Below, one piece after another: positions 17,813 to 26,530 of a DNA stretch of 64,000 nucleotides (position 1 is the stretch's first letter; the number at the start of each line of letters is the position of its first letter). The translations under genes and the position numbers were made by a program. The stretch lies in assembly GCA_017452445.1 (NCBI GenBank), contig JAFTMH010000004.1, positions 136,385 through 200,384 of the forward strand, read 5' to 3'. This DNA is from Clostridia bacterium. Lineage in GTDB: Bacteria > Bacillota > Clostridia > Christensenellales > UBA1242. Below the pieces are notes generated by a model, which was not told the origin of the DNA, made no database searches, and saw only the letters and a program-made list of their open reading frames with translations.

Positions 17813-18778
17813 TTATTTTTCTTCTGATTCTGCAAGTCTCTTGGCATCTCTTTTTTCTTTCTTTGCCAATCTCTTTGCGAGTTTTTTGTCTGCTTTTTGC
17901 TTTCTTTTCAACTCTTTTCCTGAAAGTTCTGGTTCTGGCAATGGTTGCATCAAAAGTTCTGGATTGTTGATATATTTCATAAAGTGATGTCTTACACTGT
18001 TTCCATAATAAAGCCCATCACAAATACGATCATCAACACTGAATCCAAGTTTGATTTGTTTTTGCATTGTGATTTCGCCATCTCTGTTTGCAACAGGCAC
18101 ATAATTTGCCTTGCCAATAGAAGTGAAGATTGATGTGTTTCCAAAATTGTAAAGATGATGATAAATCTTGTCAAGTTTGATGCTTCTAAGGTCAGTAACA
18201 TACATGCTTGTATGGAATGGGCTGATATGAATCAACTTTCCTGGCAACATATCGTGTTTGTCCATAAATCTAAACAACCACATAGCAAACTTAAACATCC
18301 AACCAGGCAATTTACTCAAAGCACCTGCAGTTTTTGTTGTTTGGTGTGTTTCATCTGCAGCCTTCAAGTTGAGAGCCACTTCGTTTTCAAAAATCTTCTT
18401 AACTTCTGGCAAACTTTCTCTTCCAGTAAAATACATCTTAAGTGTCATTTCTTCTGCTGTGTCTGTAAGTGCTTTTTTAACCGACATAGAGATTGTGATT
18501 CTGTTTCTTTGATAAACCTTGCAGTTGTTGATAAAACGGTTTGTTTTTGGTCTTTCATACAACATTCTCACAGCGGCTGCAAGCACAATTTCAGTCAAAC
18601 TGTAATGCACCCCTGTCGCCTTTTTTGTATCAATAATAAATTGTTCTGCTGCACCAATGTTCCAATCTTGTGCAAACAAGTTTACTGCATCAATTCTTTG
18701 TGGCATAAAATATGGTGCTGCTCTGTCAATAATGAGCATATTTTTAACGACTCTTCCGTCGGCTCTTTTTCCAAACAT
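17813..18778 (-). CDS. stand-alone 2-oxoacid dehydrogenase acyltransferase (E2/CAT-fold) catalytic-domain-like protein
   Basis: 321-aa ORF. C-terminal KLGFSVDDRICDGLYYGNSVRHHFMKYINNPELL matches the E2 DHRxxDG region, but with Asp in place of the catalytic His. No lipoyl domain. Lys/Glu-rich tail. AGGAG RBS, 10 bp after the rarA stop. Confidence 0.65.
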   Translation of the reverse strand: MFGKRADGRVVKNMLIIDRAAPYFMPQRIDAVNLFAQDWNIGAAEQFIIDTKKATGVHYSLTEIVLAAAVRMLYERPKTNRFINNCKVYQRNRITISMSVKKALTDTAEEMTLKMYFTGRESLPEVKKIFENEVALNLKAADETHQTTKTAGALSKLPGWMFKFAMWLFRFMDKHDMLPGKLIHISPFHTSMYVTDLRSIKLDKIYHHLYNFGNTSIFTSIGKANYVPVANRDGEITMQKQIKLGFSVDDRICDGLYYGNSVRHHFMKYINNPELLMQPLPEPELSGKELKRKQKADKKLAKRLAKKEKRDAKRLAESEEK

Positions 18779-18787
18779 AAAATTCTC

Positions 18788-20089
18788 CTAATCTTTTTTG
18801 TCAGTTTTCTTTTCTACAAATCCGTTTTTAGAAAACTTCTTTCGTATCATATTTTTTTCTCGACCATTTTCGCTTGGCACATAATAAATCCTGTCTTTCA
18901 ACTGATCAGGCATATATTGTTGCTTGCAATAACCCCCAAATTCGTGAGGATATTTGTATTTGCCATGACCATCTCGGTTGGTGCTTGGGTGATTTTTCAA
19001 GTGGTTTGGCACATGATCTTCTCTTTCATTTTCTGCATCAGCAGCAGCTCTTGACATTGCCAAATAAACACTGTTTGATTTTTCTGCTTCACACAAATAA
19101 ATTATTGCATGCGACAAACTTAAATAACATTCTGGTGGGCCAATTTCTTTGCATGCAATCAAAGCACTGATTGCCAAAAGCAATGCGTTGCTGTCAGCCA
19201 TGCCGATATCTTCACTTGCGTGAGCAATCATTCTTCTTGCAATAATCACTGGGTCAATCCCTGCTTTAAGCAATCTTTGCGAATAATAAAGCGCCGCATC
19301 TGAATCAGATCCTCTCAAACTTTTGCAGAACGCAGACAGATAATCATAATACATGCTCTCATCAATAGACATTGGTCTTTTGTTTAGACACTCTGCCATA
19401 ACCTGTTTGTCTATATGTATAAATTTATCTTTTGATGGCTTTGTAGAAAGCACAGCCAATTCCAAACTGTTGAGCGCGTTTCTCACATCGCCATTGCAAG
19501 AAAAGGCAAGATATTTGATTGCATCTTCGTCAACTTTAGTTTTAAAGTTTCCAAGCCCCTTGTCTGCGTCAACAATGGCACGATTGAGCACCTTTTCAAC
19601 ATCTTTTTGCGAAACTTTTTTAAACTCAAACACACTGCAACGAGAAACAATCGCCCTTGTCATACTTGTGTATGGATTTTCAGTTGTCGAACCAATAAAA
19701 TAAATGCTTCCTTCTTCAATCGCTTGCAAAACACAGTCACTTTGTGCTTTATTCCAACGATGACATTCGTCAAGCAACAAATATGTGTCTTGTCCAAACA
19801 TTTGTTTTTGAGTGCGAGCTCTTTCGATGATCGCTTTTGCATCAGCAACACCACTTGAAACTGCATTCAATTTTTCGATGTTTGCATTAAGCATTTTTGC
19901 GATAATGTTTGCAAGGGTTGTCTTGCCTGTGCCTGGTGGACCATAAAAAATACAACTACCAACCGAGCCGGTAGAAATCGCACGATATAAAAGTTTGTTT
20001 TTTCCAACAATATGCTCTTGACCAACAAATTCTTCAAAATTTGTCGCCCTCATTCTTTCAGCAAGTGGAATCCTTTGCACATTTTCCAT
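18788..20089 (-). CDS. rarA: replication-associated recombination protein A (AAA+ ATPase)
   Basis: Trimmed to ATG 20089, since the ORF-track start at 20101 is TTG. Walker A GPPGTGKTT and Walker B LLLDECHR. MgsA C-terminal region ...YDYLSAFCKSLRGSD..ALYY. Confidence 0.9.
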   Translation of the reverse strand: MENVQRIPLAERMRATNFEEFVGQEHIVGKNKLLYRAISTGSVGSCIFYGPPGTGKTTLANIIAKMLNANIEKLNAVSSGVADAKAIIERARTQKQMFGQDTYLLLDECHRWNKAQSDCVLQAIEEGSIYFIGSTTENPYTSMTRAIVSRCSVFEFKKVSQKDVEKVLNRAIVDADKGLGNFKTKVDEDAIKYLAFSCNGDVRNALNSLELAVLSTKPSKDKFIHIDKQVMAECLNKRPMSIDESMYYDYLSAFCKSLRGSDSDAALYYSQRLLKAGIDPVIIARRMIAHASEDIGMADSNALLLAISALIACKEIGPPECYLSLSHAIIYLCEAEKSNSVYLAMSRAAADAENEREDHVPNHLKNHPSTNRDGHGKYKYPHEFGGYCKQQYMPDQLKDRIYYVPSENGREKNMIRKKFSKNGFVEKKTDKKD

Positions 20090-20181
20090 ATTACATTTCA
20101 ATTATAACAAAAACATCTCTTTCTCAGCAAACAATTTAATTAAAAATTTTTAGTTATTTTTCCAAATTCAAAATTGTTTTT

Positions 20182-21405
20182 TTATCCAAAACACAAACAA
20201 ACATTTTCTTTGCTTTGCAGCGCAATTTGTGAAAGTGTGTTTGAGTTGAAGAAAGTTGTTTTACCAACCCTTAAAAACTTTACATTACCCTCAATTATAG
20301 TTATGTTTTTATAACTCTTGCCATTAAAAACAGCAATCTCTCGCAACCCAATCTTGTCAAAATTTTGAAAACTTTTTTGCATATCGCCTTTCACAAACAA
20401 CCTTTTCAAGGTTTGATATTTGTCATGTTTTTTCAAATCGGTTTTGCCATTGCACCAATCAATCCAAATCTGTTTTGGCAAAACAAAATTGAAATACAAA
20501 TCAAATTTTGGATTTTTTGTCTTAACTTTGATATCAAAAATTTTTTGACATTCTTGCTTTGAAATTTCTGCCAACTTTTCACACTCTGCTTGTGCCAACC
20601 TGGGCAAAACCACTTCACCAAAATTGAAAAACAGCTGTCTTTTCTCACCCTTTTGCAACCTTAATTTTGTCTTGAGATTGACACACGCATAAACCGAATT
20701 TTCAAGACCTGAAACATTTGAAAAGCAAAACTTTGCATTCTTGCAAAAATAATTGACCACTCTGCTCTCTTTTGTGATCAAGTTTTCAATTTTTATGTTG
20801 TTGCGATTGCGTTTGAAATAATAATACCCCTTCTTTAATGGAAAATTAATTTCAAAATCAATCTCACAACTCTCTTTTGCCAAAACCGAACACAAAACAT
20901 TGTTTCCATTCAACAAAAATTCAGTGCAATCACAAACAAACTTTTCTTTTTCAATATGCGATTTCAGCGCAAACTCAAAAAACTTAAAATTCAATTCTTG
21001 ACCATCTATTTTGACAAATTTATCCTTAAATGACAAATCGTAGTTGCTTGAAGACGAATAGTTTATGTTTAGTTTGTTGATGCATTGCAAAAAGGCGCAA
21101 CTGCAAAACTTTTTATCATAAACCACAACATCATCAAGCTTTTGCAACCTCTTCAAAACACTCTTGCCAACCCCACTTTTTTCGACAATCAAATTGAAAT
21201 CTATTTCTCTTTTTGCCAACTCAAATGCTTTTAAAAGTTTGCTTGTCATTTCCTTTTCAAATTTAAAGACGGGCAGGCGAAAATCTAATTCATTTTGAAG
21301 CAAAATTGCCTTGTCGACATTTGCATCAAAAACAATAGGAGCATGAAATTTTGCCCTGTTTATTATCATATTTTTGGCATTTTTGATATATTCTCTGCTT
21401 TTCAT
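20182..21405 (-). CDS. hypothetical protein (AT-rich, Cys/Lys/Phe-rich)
   Basis: 407-aa uninterrupted ORF with no recognisable RBS or promoter; it begins 38 nt after the rnpB terminator. The only weak resemblance is to the N-terminal sandwich region of GH94-type phosphorylases (KTKNPKFDLYFNFVLPKQIW). Confidence 0.55.
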   Translation of the reverse strand: MKSREYIKNAKNMIINRAKFHAPIVFDANVDKAILLQNELDFRLPVFKFEKEMTSKLLKAFELAKREIDFNLIVEKSGVGKSVLKRLQKLDDVVVYDKKFCSCAFLQCINKLNINYSSSSNYDLSFKDKFVKIDGQELNFKFFEFALKSHIEKEKFVCDCTEFLLNGNNVLCSVLAKESCEIDFEINFPLKKGYYYFKRNRNNIKIENLITKESRVVNYFCKNAKFCFSNVSGLENSVYACVNLKTKLRLQKGEKRQLFFNFGEVVLPRLAQAECEKLAEISKQECQKIFDIKVKTKNPKFDLYFNFVLPKQIWIDWCNGKTDLKKHDKYQTLKRLFVKGDMQKSFQNFDKIGLREIAVFNGKSYKNITIIEGNVKFLRVGKTTFFNSNTLSQIALQSKENVCLCFG

Positions 21406-21442
21406 AAGTCAACTATTGCCAAAAAGCAGAATGTTAGACAAC

Positions 21443-21465
21443 AAAAAAACCACTTGCGTGGTTTT
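21443..21465 (-). terminator. rho-independent terminator of rnpB
   Basis: Minus strand reads AAAACCAC-GCAA-GTGGTTTT followed by T-run. Confidence 0.75.
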
Positions 21466-21805
21466 GTCAGTTGTGTTGTAAGCCGAGTTCTGTATTTGAT
21501 GGTCATCTATCCAGACTTGCTGTCGCCAACAAGTTCAAGCGATACTTTTGTTGAGCGAGAAAGAACACACATTTGCTCAAACTTAATCTTGCATCGAGTG
21601 GGGTTTACAGAGCAACGATTGTCACCAACCGTCCGGTAGGCTCTTACCCTACCTTTCCACCATCACCCTTTCGGGCAGTCTATTTCTGTTGCACTATCCT
21701 TAGAGTCGCCTCCACTAGCCGTTAACTAGCACCCTGTTCTTTTGATGCTCGGACTTTCCTCTCTGCATTCATCACAAATGCACAGCGACCATCTGCACAA
21801 CTGAC
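21466..21805 (-). ncRNA. rnpB: RNase P RNA (bacterial)
   Basis: Minus strand contains the universal GAGGAAAGTCCG element (forward cggactttcctc near 21750). It also has ACAGAAATAGACTGCCCGAAAGGGTGATGGTGGAAAGGTAGGGTAAGAGCCTACC and the 3' ACAGAACTCGGCTTAC. P1 pairing is GTCAGTTGTG / CACAACTGAC at the two ends. Ends are good to +/-5 nt. Confidence 0.9.
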
Positions 21806-21811
21806 ATAAAT

Positions 21812-21840
21812 AGTATATCAAAAACTAACCCAAAAGTCAA
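21812..21840 (-). promoter_or_regulatory. sigma-A promoter of rnpB
   Basis: Minus strand TTGACT-17 nt-TATACT, with the -10 ending 6 nt before the P1 5' end. Confidence 0.7.
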
Positions 21841-21869
21841 ATTTTTGCCCAATTTCGCACATATTGTAA

Positions 21870-21895
21870 CAAAAAAGTGCCCAAACGGACACTTT
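21870..21895 (-). terminator. terminator of the 21915-23270 gene
   Basis: Minus strand AAAGTG-tccgtttggg-CACTTT followed by TTTTTT. Confidence 0.6.
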
Positions 21896-21914
21896 CATTT
21901 GCATTTCACAATTT

Positions 21915-23270
21915 TTAGAAAAGGAAAAGTTGTTTAACCTTGTTTTGTTTGTCAACGCTCAAACCTTGCATAATTCCATCTTGCGAAACTTTGATTGCAA
22001 CTCCATATTTTGCCATAGTTGTCGCAGCAGCCAAACGACCACCCCCACGGCTTCCTGCTTCAATTTTGATGATAGCCCCAACAGCAATGATTGTTCCATC
22101 AAAGTCAACGATTGTAGCACCATCGACAGAAGTCATCTCTTCAACAAGCTTTCTATCAAGTTCAAACAACTTCTTTCCAGCAATAATCTTTCTTATTGCC
22201 ATAGTTTTTGTGCATTTGTTTTTTGTCAAAAATTCTTCATAATCAACACTAAATCTTTCAATAATCTTGTTTGCACTGCCCAAATTATAAAGTTTGCCAG
22301 CTTCGTCAATTTCCAACTGTTTTTTGATGTTGAAATGTTCTTCCGACACAATGTCGGCAGCATCAATATGTTGCAACACATCTATCGCCTTGTCTTTGTT
22401 GATGTAAGCAATGCAGGCACCTTTGTATGCAAAAGAGCAGTCAAGAGCTGTGTTGTAGATTGATCTTCTAATTTGTTTTGCAGTGTAAGACACATTGTTT
22501 TGCAAAAGTCTGATAACTTCTTCGTGCGAATAAACACACCAATTTCCGTTTCTCTTTGCAAAAATGAGCTGTCTTGCATAGAAAATCAAAATATCGCCAT
22601 TTTCAGTCAACAAAATGCCAACTCTCTTGTCGTTGCAAACTCTTGCCACTCTGTCATAAATATGTGGCGAAATTGTCGCAACAGCCTTAGGGTTTTTAAG
22701 GTTGAGATAACCAAGCATCAAACCATCTCTGTCAAATTCGACAAAAGAAGAAATACCATCGGTAAACAACGCAAAAAAGTCACTGTTCAAAATTTCAGTA
22801 TAATGCACTTTGCTGTTTTCGTCAGCATGAGCGCCCAAATTTACCATAATTCCAAGAGCAACAGTTGCTCCTTCATAAGTTCTGCTAGACCACTTTTCAA
22901 GGCCGTTGATGATGCCCATAATCGTTTCAGAACCACTTTCGGTAATGCTTTCGATAAGCGCTTTTTCAATTGCCATTGATTGCAACTTTGAAATATAAAG
23001 TTTGTCCTGAAGTTCGAGAGAAGAAATGTTGTTGATTTCGCTGATGATCGCACGGATCAAGTTTACTTCAAACGACTTAAACGCTTGACCTCTCTTCAAA
23101 ATAAGACGATAATCGTCCAATTTTGTTGGTTTCAACAAAATAGAGTTGCTTTTTCCCAAAGCAACTTCCAAGTCTCTTGAAGATGATTCTGTTTCACCTG
23201 CAAGATAAGACCCTGTAAAAAGTGGAACAATCAGTTTTTCAACAATTTCATAAAATTCTTGCTTAACCAC
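21915..23270 (-). CDS. hypothetical protein with two degenerate DisA_N/diadenylate-cyclase-like modules (tentative)
   Basis: 451-aa ORF with a GTG start preceded by a GGAGGTG RBS. The C-terminal VDGATIVDFDGTIIAVGAIIKIEAGSRGGGRLAAATTMAKYGVAIKVSQDGIMQG parallels the DAC pattern DGAxxI..G.I.AA......GTRHRAA......I.VSEE.G.IS. An earlier, weaker copy is YEGATVALGI...FTDGISSFVEFDRDGLMLGY...VGILLTENGDILIF. Confidence 0.8.
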   Translation of the reverse strand: MVKQEFYEIVEKLIVPLFTGSYLAGETESSSRDLEVALGKSNSILLKPTKLDDYRLILKRGQAFKSFEVNLIRAIISEINNISSLELQDKLYISKLQSMAIEKALIESITESGSETIMGIINGLEKWSSRTYEGATVALGIMVNLGAHADENSKVHYTEILNSDFFALFTDGISSFVEFDRDGLMLGYLNLKNPKAVATISPHIYDRVARVCNDKRVGILLTENGDILIFYARQLIFAKRNGNWCVYSHEEVIRLLQNNVSYTAKQIRRSIYNTALDCSFAYKGACIAYINKDKAIDVLQHIDAADIVSEEHFNIKKQLEIDEAGKLYNLGSANKIIERFSVDYEEFLTKNKCTKTMAIRKIIAGKKLFELDRKLVEEMTSVDGATIVDFDGTIIAVGAIIKIEAGSRGGGRLAAATTMAKYGVAIKVSQDGIMQGLSVDKQNKVKQLFLF

Positions 23271-23330
23271 GGTTCCACCTCCCCAAAATTTTCAATAAAA
23301 CAGCAAAAAGTTATTGATTTATATATATTT

Positions 23331-23360
23331 ATATTAAGATTTTGACAAAAAGTCTGTCAA
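23331..23360 (-). promoter_or_regulatory. candidate promoter with operator-like palindrome upstream of the DAC-like gene
   Basis: Minus strand TTGACA-18 nt-TAATAT. The -35 element is one arm of the inverted repeat TTGACA-N7-TGTCAA (23342-23360). Confidence 0.35.
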
Positions 23361-23389
23361 GCAAAATCAAGCACCTTTTTAAAAAATTT

Positions 23390-24100
23390 TTACAATTCTT
23401 TTTGCCGACTCTCTTCTGGCGAGAGTTCTTCTCTTATTGCAGCAAGGGTTTTGTTTTCAATTCGCGAAATATAACTTCTCGAAATTCCAAGTTGTTCTGC
23501 CACCTCTTTTTGTGTAAATGCCCTTGCACAATCAATCCCATATCGCAATTTGACAACATTCTGTTCTCTTTCTGTAAGTTTAGTTGCAATCACTCTTTTT
23601 ATTTTTTGCATCATCATATTTTTTTCGACCTGCTCAAAAATCTCATCATCATCTGATGCCAAAACATCTTGCAATTCTAAATCCTTGTCTTCATCATTAT
23701 TGCTGGTCAAACTGCTTAACGACACAACATTTTTGTGCTTCTTGTTTGCCCTGATCAGCATCAAAATCTCATTGCTGACACAACGGGCAGCATAAGTCGA
23801 CAATTTGACCTTCTTGTTGTAATCAAACGAGTCAATCGCCTTGATAAGACCTATTGTGCCGACCGACAACAAATCATCTGCTTCAAGCGAATTGGTGTAT
23901 TTTTTGACAATGTGAGCGACTAGCCTCAAATTGTGACTAATAAGTTTTTCTCTTGCTTTTTCGTCGCCATGCTTCATACGCTCAAACAAATCTCGTTCTT
24001 CTTCCTCAGTCAACGGCTTTGGAAACCCCTGTGCAGTGCTCATATAGTTTGCAAACAAAGCAATCCTGCTCAAAAAATACGAAAAACTTTCAAAAACCAT
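23390..24100 (-). CDS. sigK: sporulation sigma factor, pro-sigma-K type
   Basis: Trimmed to ATG 24100, preceded by a GGGGAGAG RBS. 236 aa. Hydrophobic pro-sequence MVFESFSYFLSRIALFANYMSTAQG, then FPKPLTEEEE, HNLRLVAHIVKKY and TYAARC (SigK-type, versus NLRLVVYIARKF in SigE), and LGISRSYISRIE in region 4. Confidence 0.85.
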   Translation of the reverse strand: MVFESFSYFLSRIALFANYMSTAQGFPKPLTEEEERDLFERMKHGDEKAREKLISHNLRLVAHIVKKYTNSLEADDLLSVGTIGLIKAIDSFDYNKKVKLSTYAARCVSNEILMLIRANKKHKNVVSLSSLTSNNDEDKDLELQDVLASDDDEIFEQVEKNMMMQKIKRVIATKLTEREQNVVKLRYGIDCARAFTQKEVAEQLGISRSYISRIENKTLAAIREELSPEESRQKEL

Positions 24101-24235
24101 ACACAATCTCTCCCCATAAAATTGTATATGTTGAAATTTGTCAGATTTTGACAAAAAATTTACAAAACTGATATTGACAAAATGAAAAAAGTGTGGTTTA
24201 CTGGCTGTATATAAAATTAAAAGGAGAACGAAGAA

Positions 24236-24763
24236 ATGAAACTTGTAACTTTCAAACAATCAGATTATTACAAAAGAAAAAAGGCAATCTTGAGCACATC
24301 TTCCCCAAAAACACAAAAGTTTTATGCTGATTGCCACGACTTGGCAGAACAAATCCTTAGAGGCATGACATTCAATGTAGAAGTTGTCCCTGCAGACGAT
24401 GCCCACTATGTTCTTAGAACTCCAAAAATCAATCTCGACAAAAATCCTGTTGGCAGCACATATGTATTGTGTGCAAAAAGAGAAATCGAAGCATACATCA
24501 AGCACGAAGGCAGAGCTGCAAAATCAGAAACAGACAGACTTTTGGTTGCCGCTTTGGTAAAGTTGGTTAGAGCTGAAGCAAACGGCACACACACAACAGT
24601 TGCAACAAACATGCCAGAAACAAAGGTTGTTGCCGCACAAAGATTGTCTTATGAAGAACTTTCAACATTTGCAGATGCATGGGACGCAAAAAAGAAAGCT
24701 GGCGAAAGCACTCGTTTCTTCCAACAAGTTTCTTTCGATGGCGACTTGACAAAAAATAAATAA
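24236..24763 (+). CDS. hypothetical protein
   Basis: 175-aa ORF with an AAGGAGA RBS and a terminator immediately downstream. No family recognised. Confidence 0.7.
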   Translation: MKLVTFKQSDYYKRKKAILSTSSPKTQKFYADCHDLAEQILRGMTFNVEVVPADDAHYVLRTPKINLDKNPVGSTYVLCAKREIEAYIKHEGRAAKSETDRLLVAALVKLVRAEANGTHTTVATNMPETKVVAAQRLSYEELSTFADAWDAKKKAGESTRFFQQVSFDGDLTKNK

Positions 24764-24775
24764 ATTTAACAAAAC

Positions 24776-24802
24776 AAAAAACTAGGCAATCGCCTAGTTT
24801 TT
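24776..24802. terminator. bidirectional terminator between the 24236 gene and the SDR gene
   Basis: A-run, stem CTAGGC (24782-24787) / GCCTAG (24792-24797), loop AATC, T-run. Confidence 0.8.
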
Positions 24803-25591
24803 TTATGTATAAATGTTTTTCACCAAAAAGTTGAGAAGTCTTATTGGCACAATCTTCACAAGACCAGCCAAAAATTTGCTTGACCCACCAATCGAACTGC
24901 GAAGTGGTGGATTTTTCTTTTTTGCAATCTTCAAAACTCTTTTTGCAACAAAATCTGGATTTTTCCCATTCTTTTCTGCTTTTTCCATTTTCATTATGCC
25001 ACGATTTTCATCTTTGCTAGATCCAGTTTCTTTAACTCTTTCTGCAGTAAAATTTGTGTTGATGTCGCCCGGCATAATTGTTGTTGTTGTGATTTTCTTT
25101 GATTTAAGTTCGCTGTTGAGCGCTCTTGAAAAGCTTTCGATGCCAGCCTTGCTTGCACTGTAGCAAGCTTGATATGGCAACGGAATGATTGAAGCAAGCG
25201 ATCCAGTAAAGATAATCTTTCCTTTTTCGTTGATGTTGTTTAAAAACAATCTTGTCATTTTCATATGAGCAAGAAGATTTACATTCATAATTTTGTCAAT
25301 GCTTTCAATCGAAGCATTTTCAACCTTTCCTGCAATCCCAAAACCTGCGTTGCAAAACAAAAGGTCAATATTGCCAACTTCAGCCAAGATTTCGTCAACA
25401 ACAGTTTTTACCTTTTCATCATCTGAAATGTCGCAGGCAAAACTCTTTTCAAACAAATCAAGCGCCTCACCACCTTTTGAGATGTTGAAAATTTTTACAT
25501 TTTCTGCCTTCAATCTCTTAGAGATTGCAAGACCAATTCCACTGTCACCGCCCGAAATGACAGCAATCTTGTTTTCAAGTTTGTTTTTCAT
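24803..25591 (-). CDS. SDR family oxidoreductase
   Basis: 262 aa. Cofactor motif SGGDSGIGLA, NAG, and catalytic YSASKAG (YxxxK). Confidence 0.85.
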   Translation of the reverse strand: MKNKLENKIAVISGGDSGIGLAISKRLKAENVKIFNISKGGEALDLFEKSFACDISDDEKVKTVVDEILAEVGNIDLLFCNAGFGIAGKVENASIESIDKIMNVNLLAHMKMTRLFLNNINEKGKIIFTGSLASIIPLPYQACYSASKAGIESFSRALNSELKSKKITTTTIMPGDINTNFTAERVKETGSSKDENRGIMKMEKAEKNGKNPDFVAKRVLKIAKKKNPPLRSSIGGSSKFLAGLVKIVPIRLLNFLVKNIYT

Positions 25592-25618
25592 AAATCTTCT
25601 CCATTATTCAAACAGAAA

Positions 25619-26515
25619 TCAATACAATTCGTCAACAAATTCTTTAGCATCAAATGGCGCAATATCATCAACGCCCTCACCTGTGCCAACAAACACAACT
25701 GGTTTTCTGTATTCCTTTTCAATTGCAATAATCACGCCACCCTTTGCAGTGCCATCAAGTTTTGTCAAAATGATGCCATCAATTTTTGCATAACCGTCAA
25801 AAGCTGCTATTTGCGACAAAGCATTTTGTCCTGTTGTTGCATCAAGCACAATAAAGTTATACTTGTTTGCTTCTGGATATTCTCTATCCTCAATTTTTTC
25901 AATCTTTTGAAGTTCGGCCATCAAGTTTGTTTTTGTGTGCAACCTGCCTGCAGTGTCAACAAGCAAAACATCTGTTTTGTTTGCTTTTGCACTTGCAATT
26001 CCATCAAAAACAACAGCACCAGCATCTGCCCCTTCGGCATGCTTGATTATCCTTGTTTTGGTGCGAGTTGCCCATTCGTTGAGTTGCGATGATGCGGCAG
26101 CTCTAAATGTGTCACCTGCAACCAAAGTCACGCTTTTGTTTTGAGATTTGAAATAGTTTGCAAGTTTGCCAATTGTTGTCGTCTTGCCAACCCCATTAAC
26201 CCCAATGATTGTGATGATTGCAGGATATTGAATTTCAATTTGTGGTGCATCTTCAAAATAAGAGGCAATAATCTCTTTCAAAAGACCTTTTACTTCTTCT
26301 GCTTTTCTTATTTTTCTGTCATGCACTTCATCACGAAGTTGATCTACAATTTCGAGTGATGATTTTACACCAATATCGCACGAAATCAAAACATCTTCCA
26401 AATCATCAAAAAGTTCGTCACAAATTTCACCATGAGAAAGAAGTTGATCAATCTTTCTTACAAAAGCATCTTTTGTCTTTTTAAGTGCATTGCCTATTTT
26501 TTTGAACAATCCCAT
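25619..26515 (-). CDS. ftsY: signal recognition particle-docking protein FtsY
   Basis: 298 aa. NG domain motifs GVNGVGKTTTIGKLA, DTAGR and TKLDGTAKGG. Lies downstream of smc, as in other Firmicutes. Confidence 0.95.
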   Translation of the reverse strand: MGLFKKIGNALKKTKDAFVRKIDQLLSHGEICDELFDDLEDVLISCDIGVKSSLEIVDQLRDEVHDRKIRKAEEVKGLLKEIIASYFEDAPQIEIQYPAIITIIGVNGVGKTTTIGKLANYFKSQNKSVTLVAGDTFRAAASSQLNEWATRTKTRIIKHAEGADAGAVVFDGIASAKANKTDVLLVDTAGRLHTKTNLMAELQKIEKIEDREYPEANKYNFIVLDATTGQNALSQIAAFDGYAKIDGIILTKLDGTAKGGVIIAIEKEYRKPVVFVGTGEGVDDIAPFDAKEFVDELY

Positions 26516-26530
26516 TATAATCTCCCAATA

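Noticed and set aside
18155-19054. 299-aa plus-strand ORF spanning the rarA / E2-like junction
   Set aside because: It is entirely antisense to two well-supported minus-strand genes. Its Cys/Phe/His-rich composition with no motifs is typical of a shadow ORF on the non-coding strand.
24101-24259. 53-codon N-terminal extension of the sigK ORF
   Set aside because: The extension would overlap the start of the divergent 24236 gene. ATG 24100 has a GGGGAGAG RBS and yields a pro-sequence of the expected length for pro-sigma-K.
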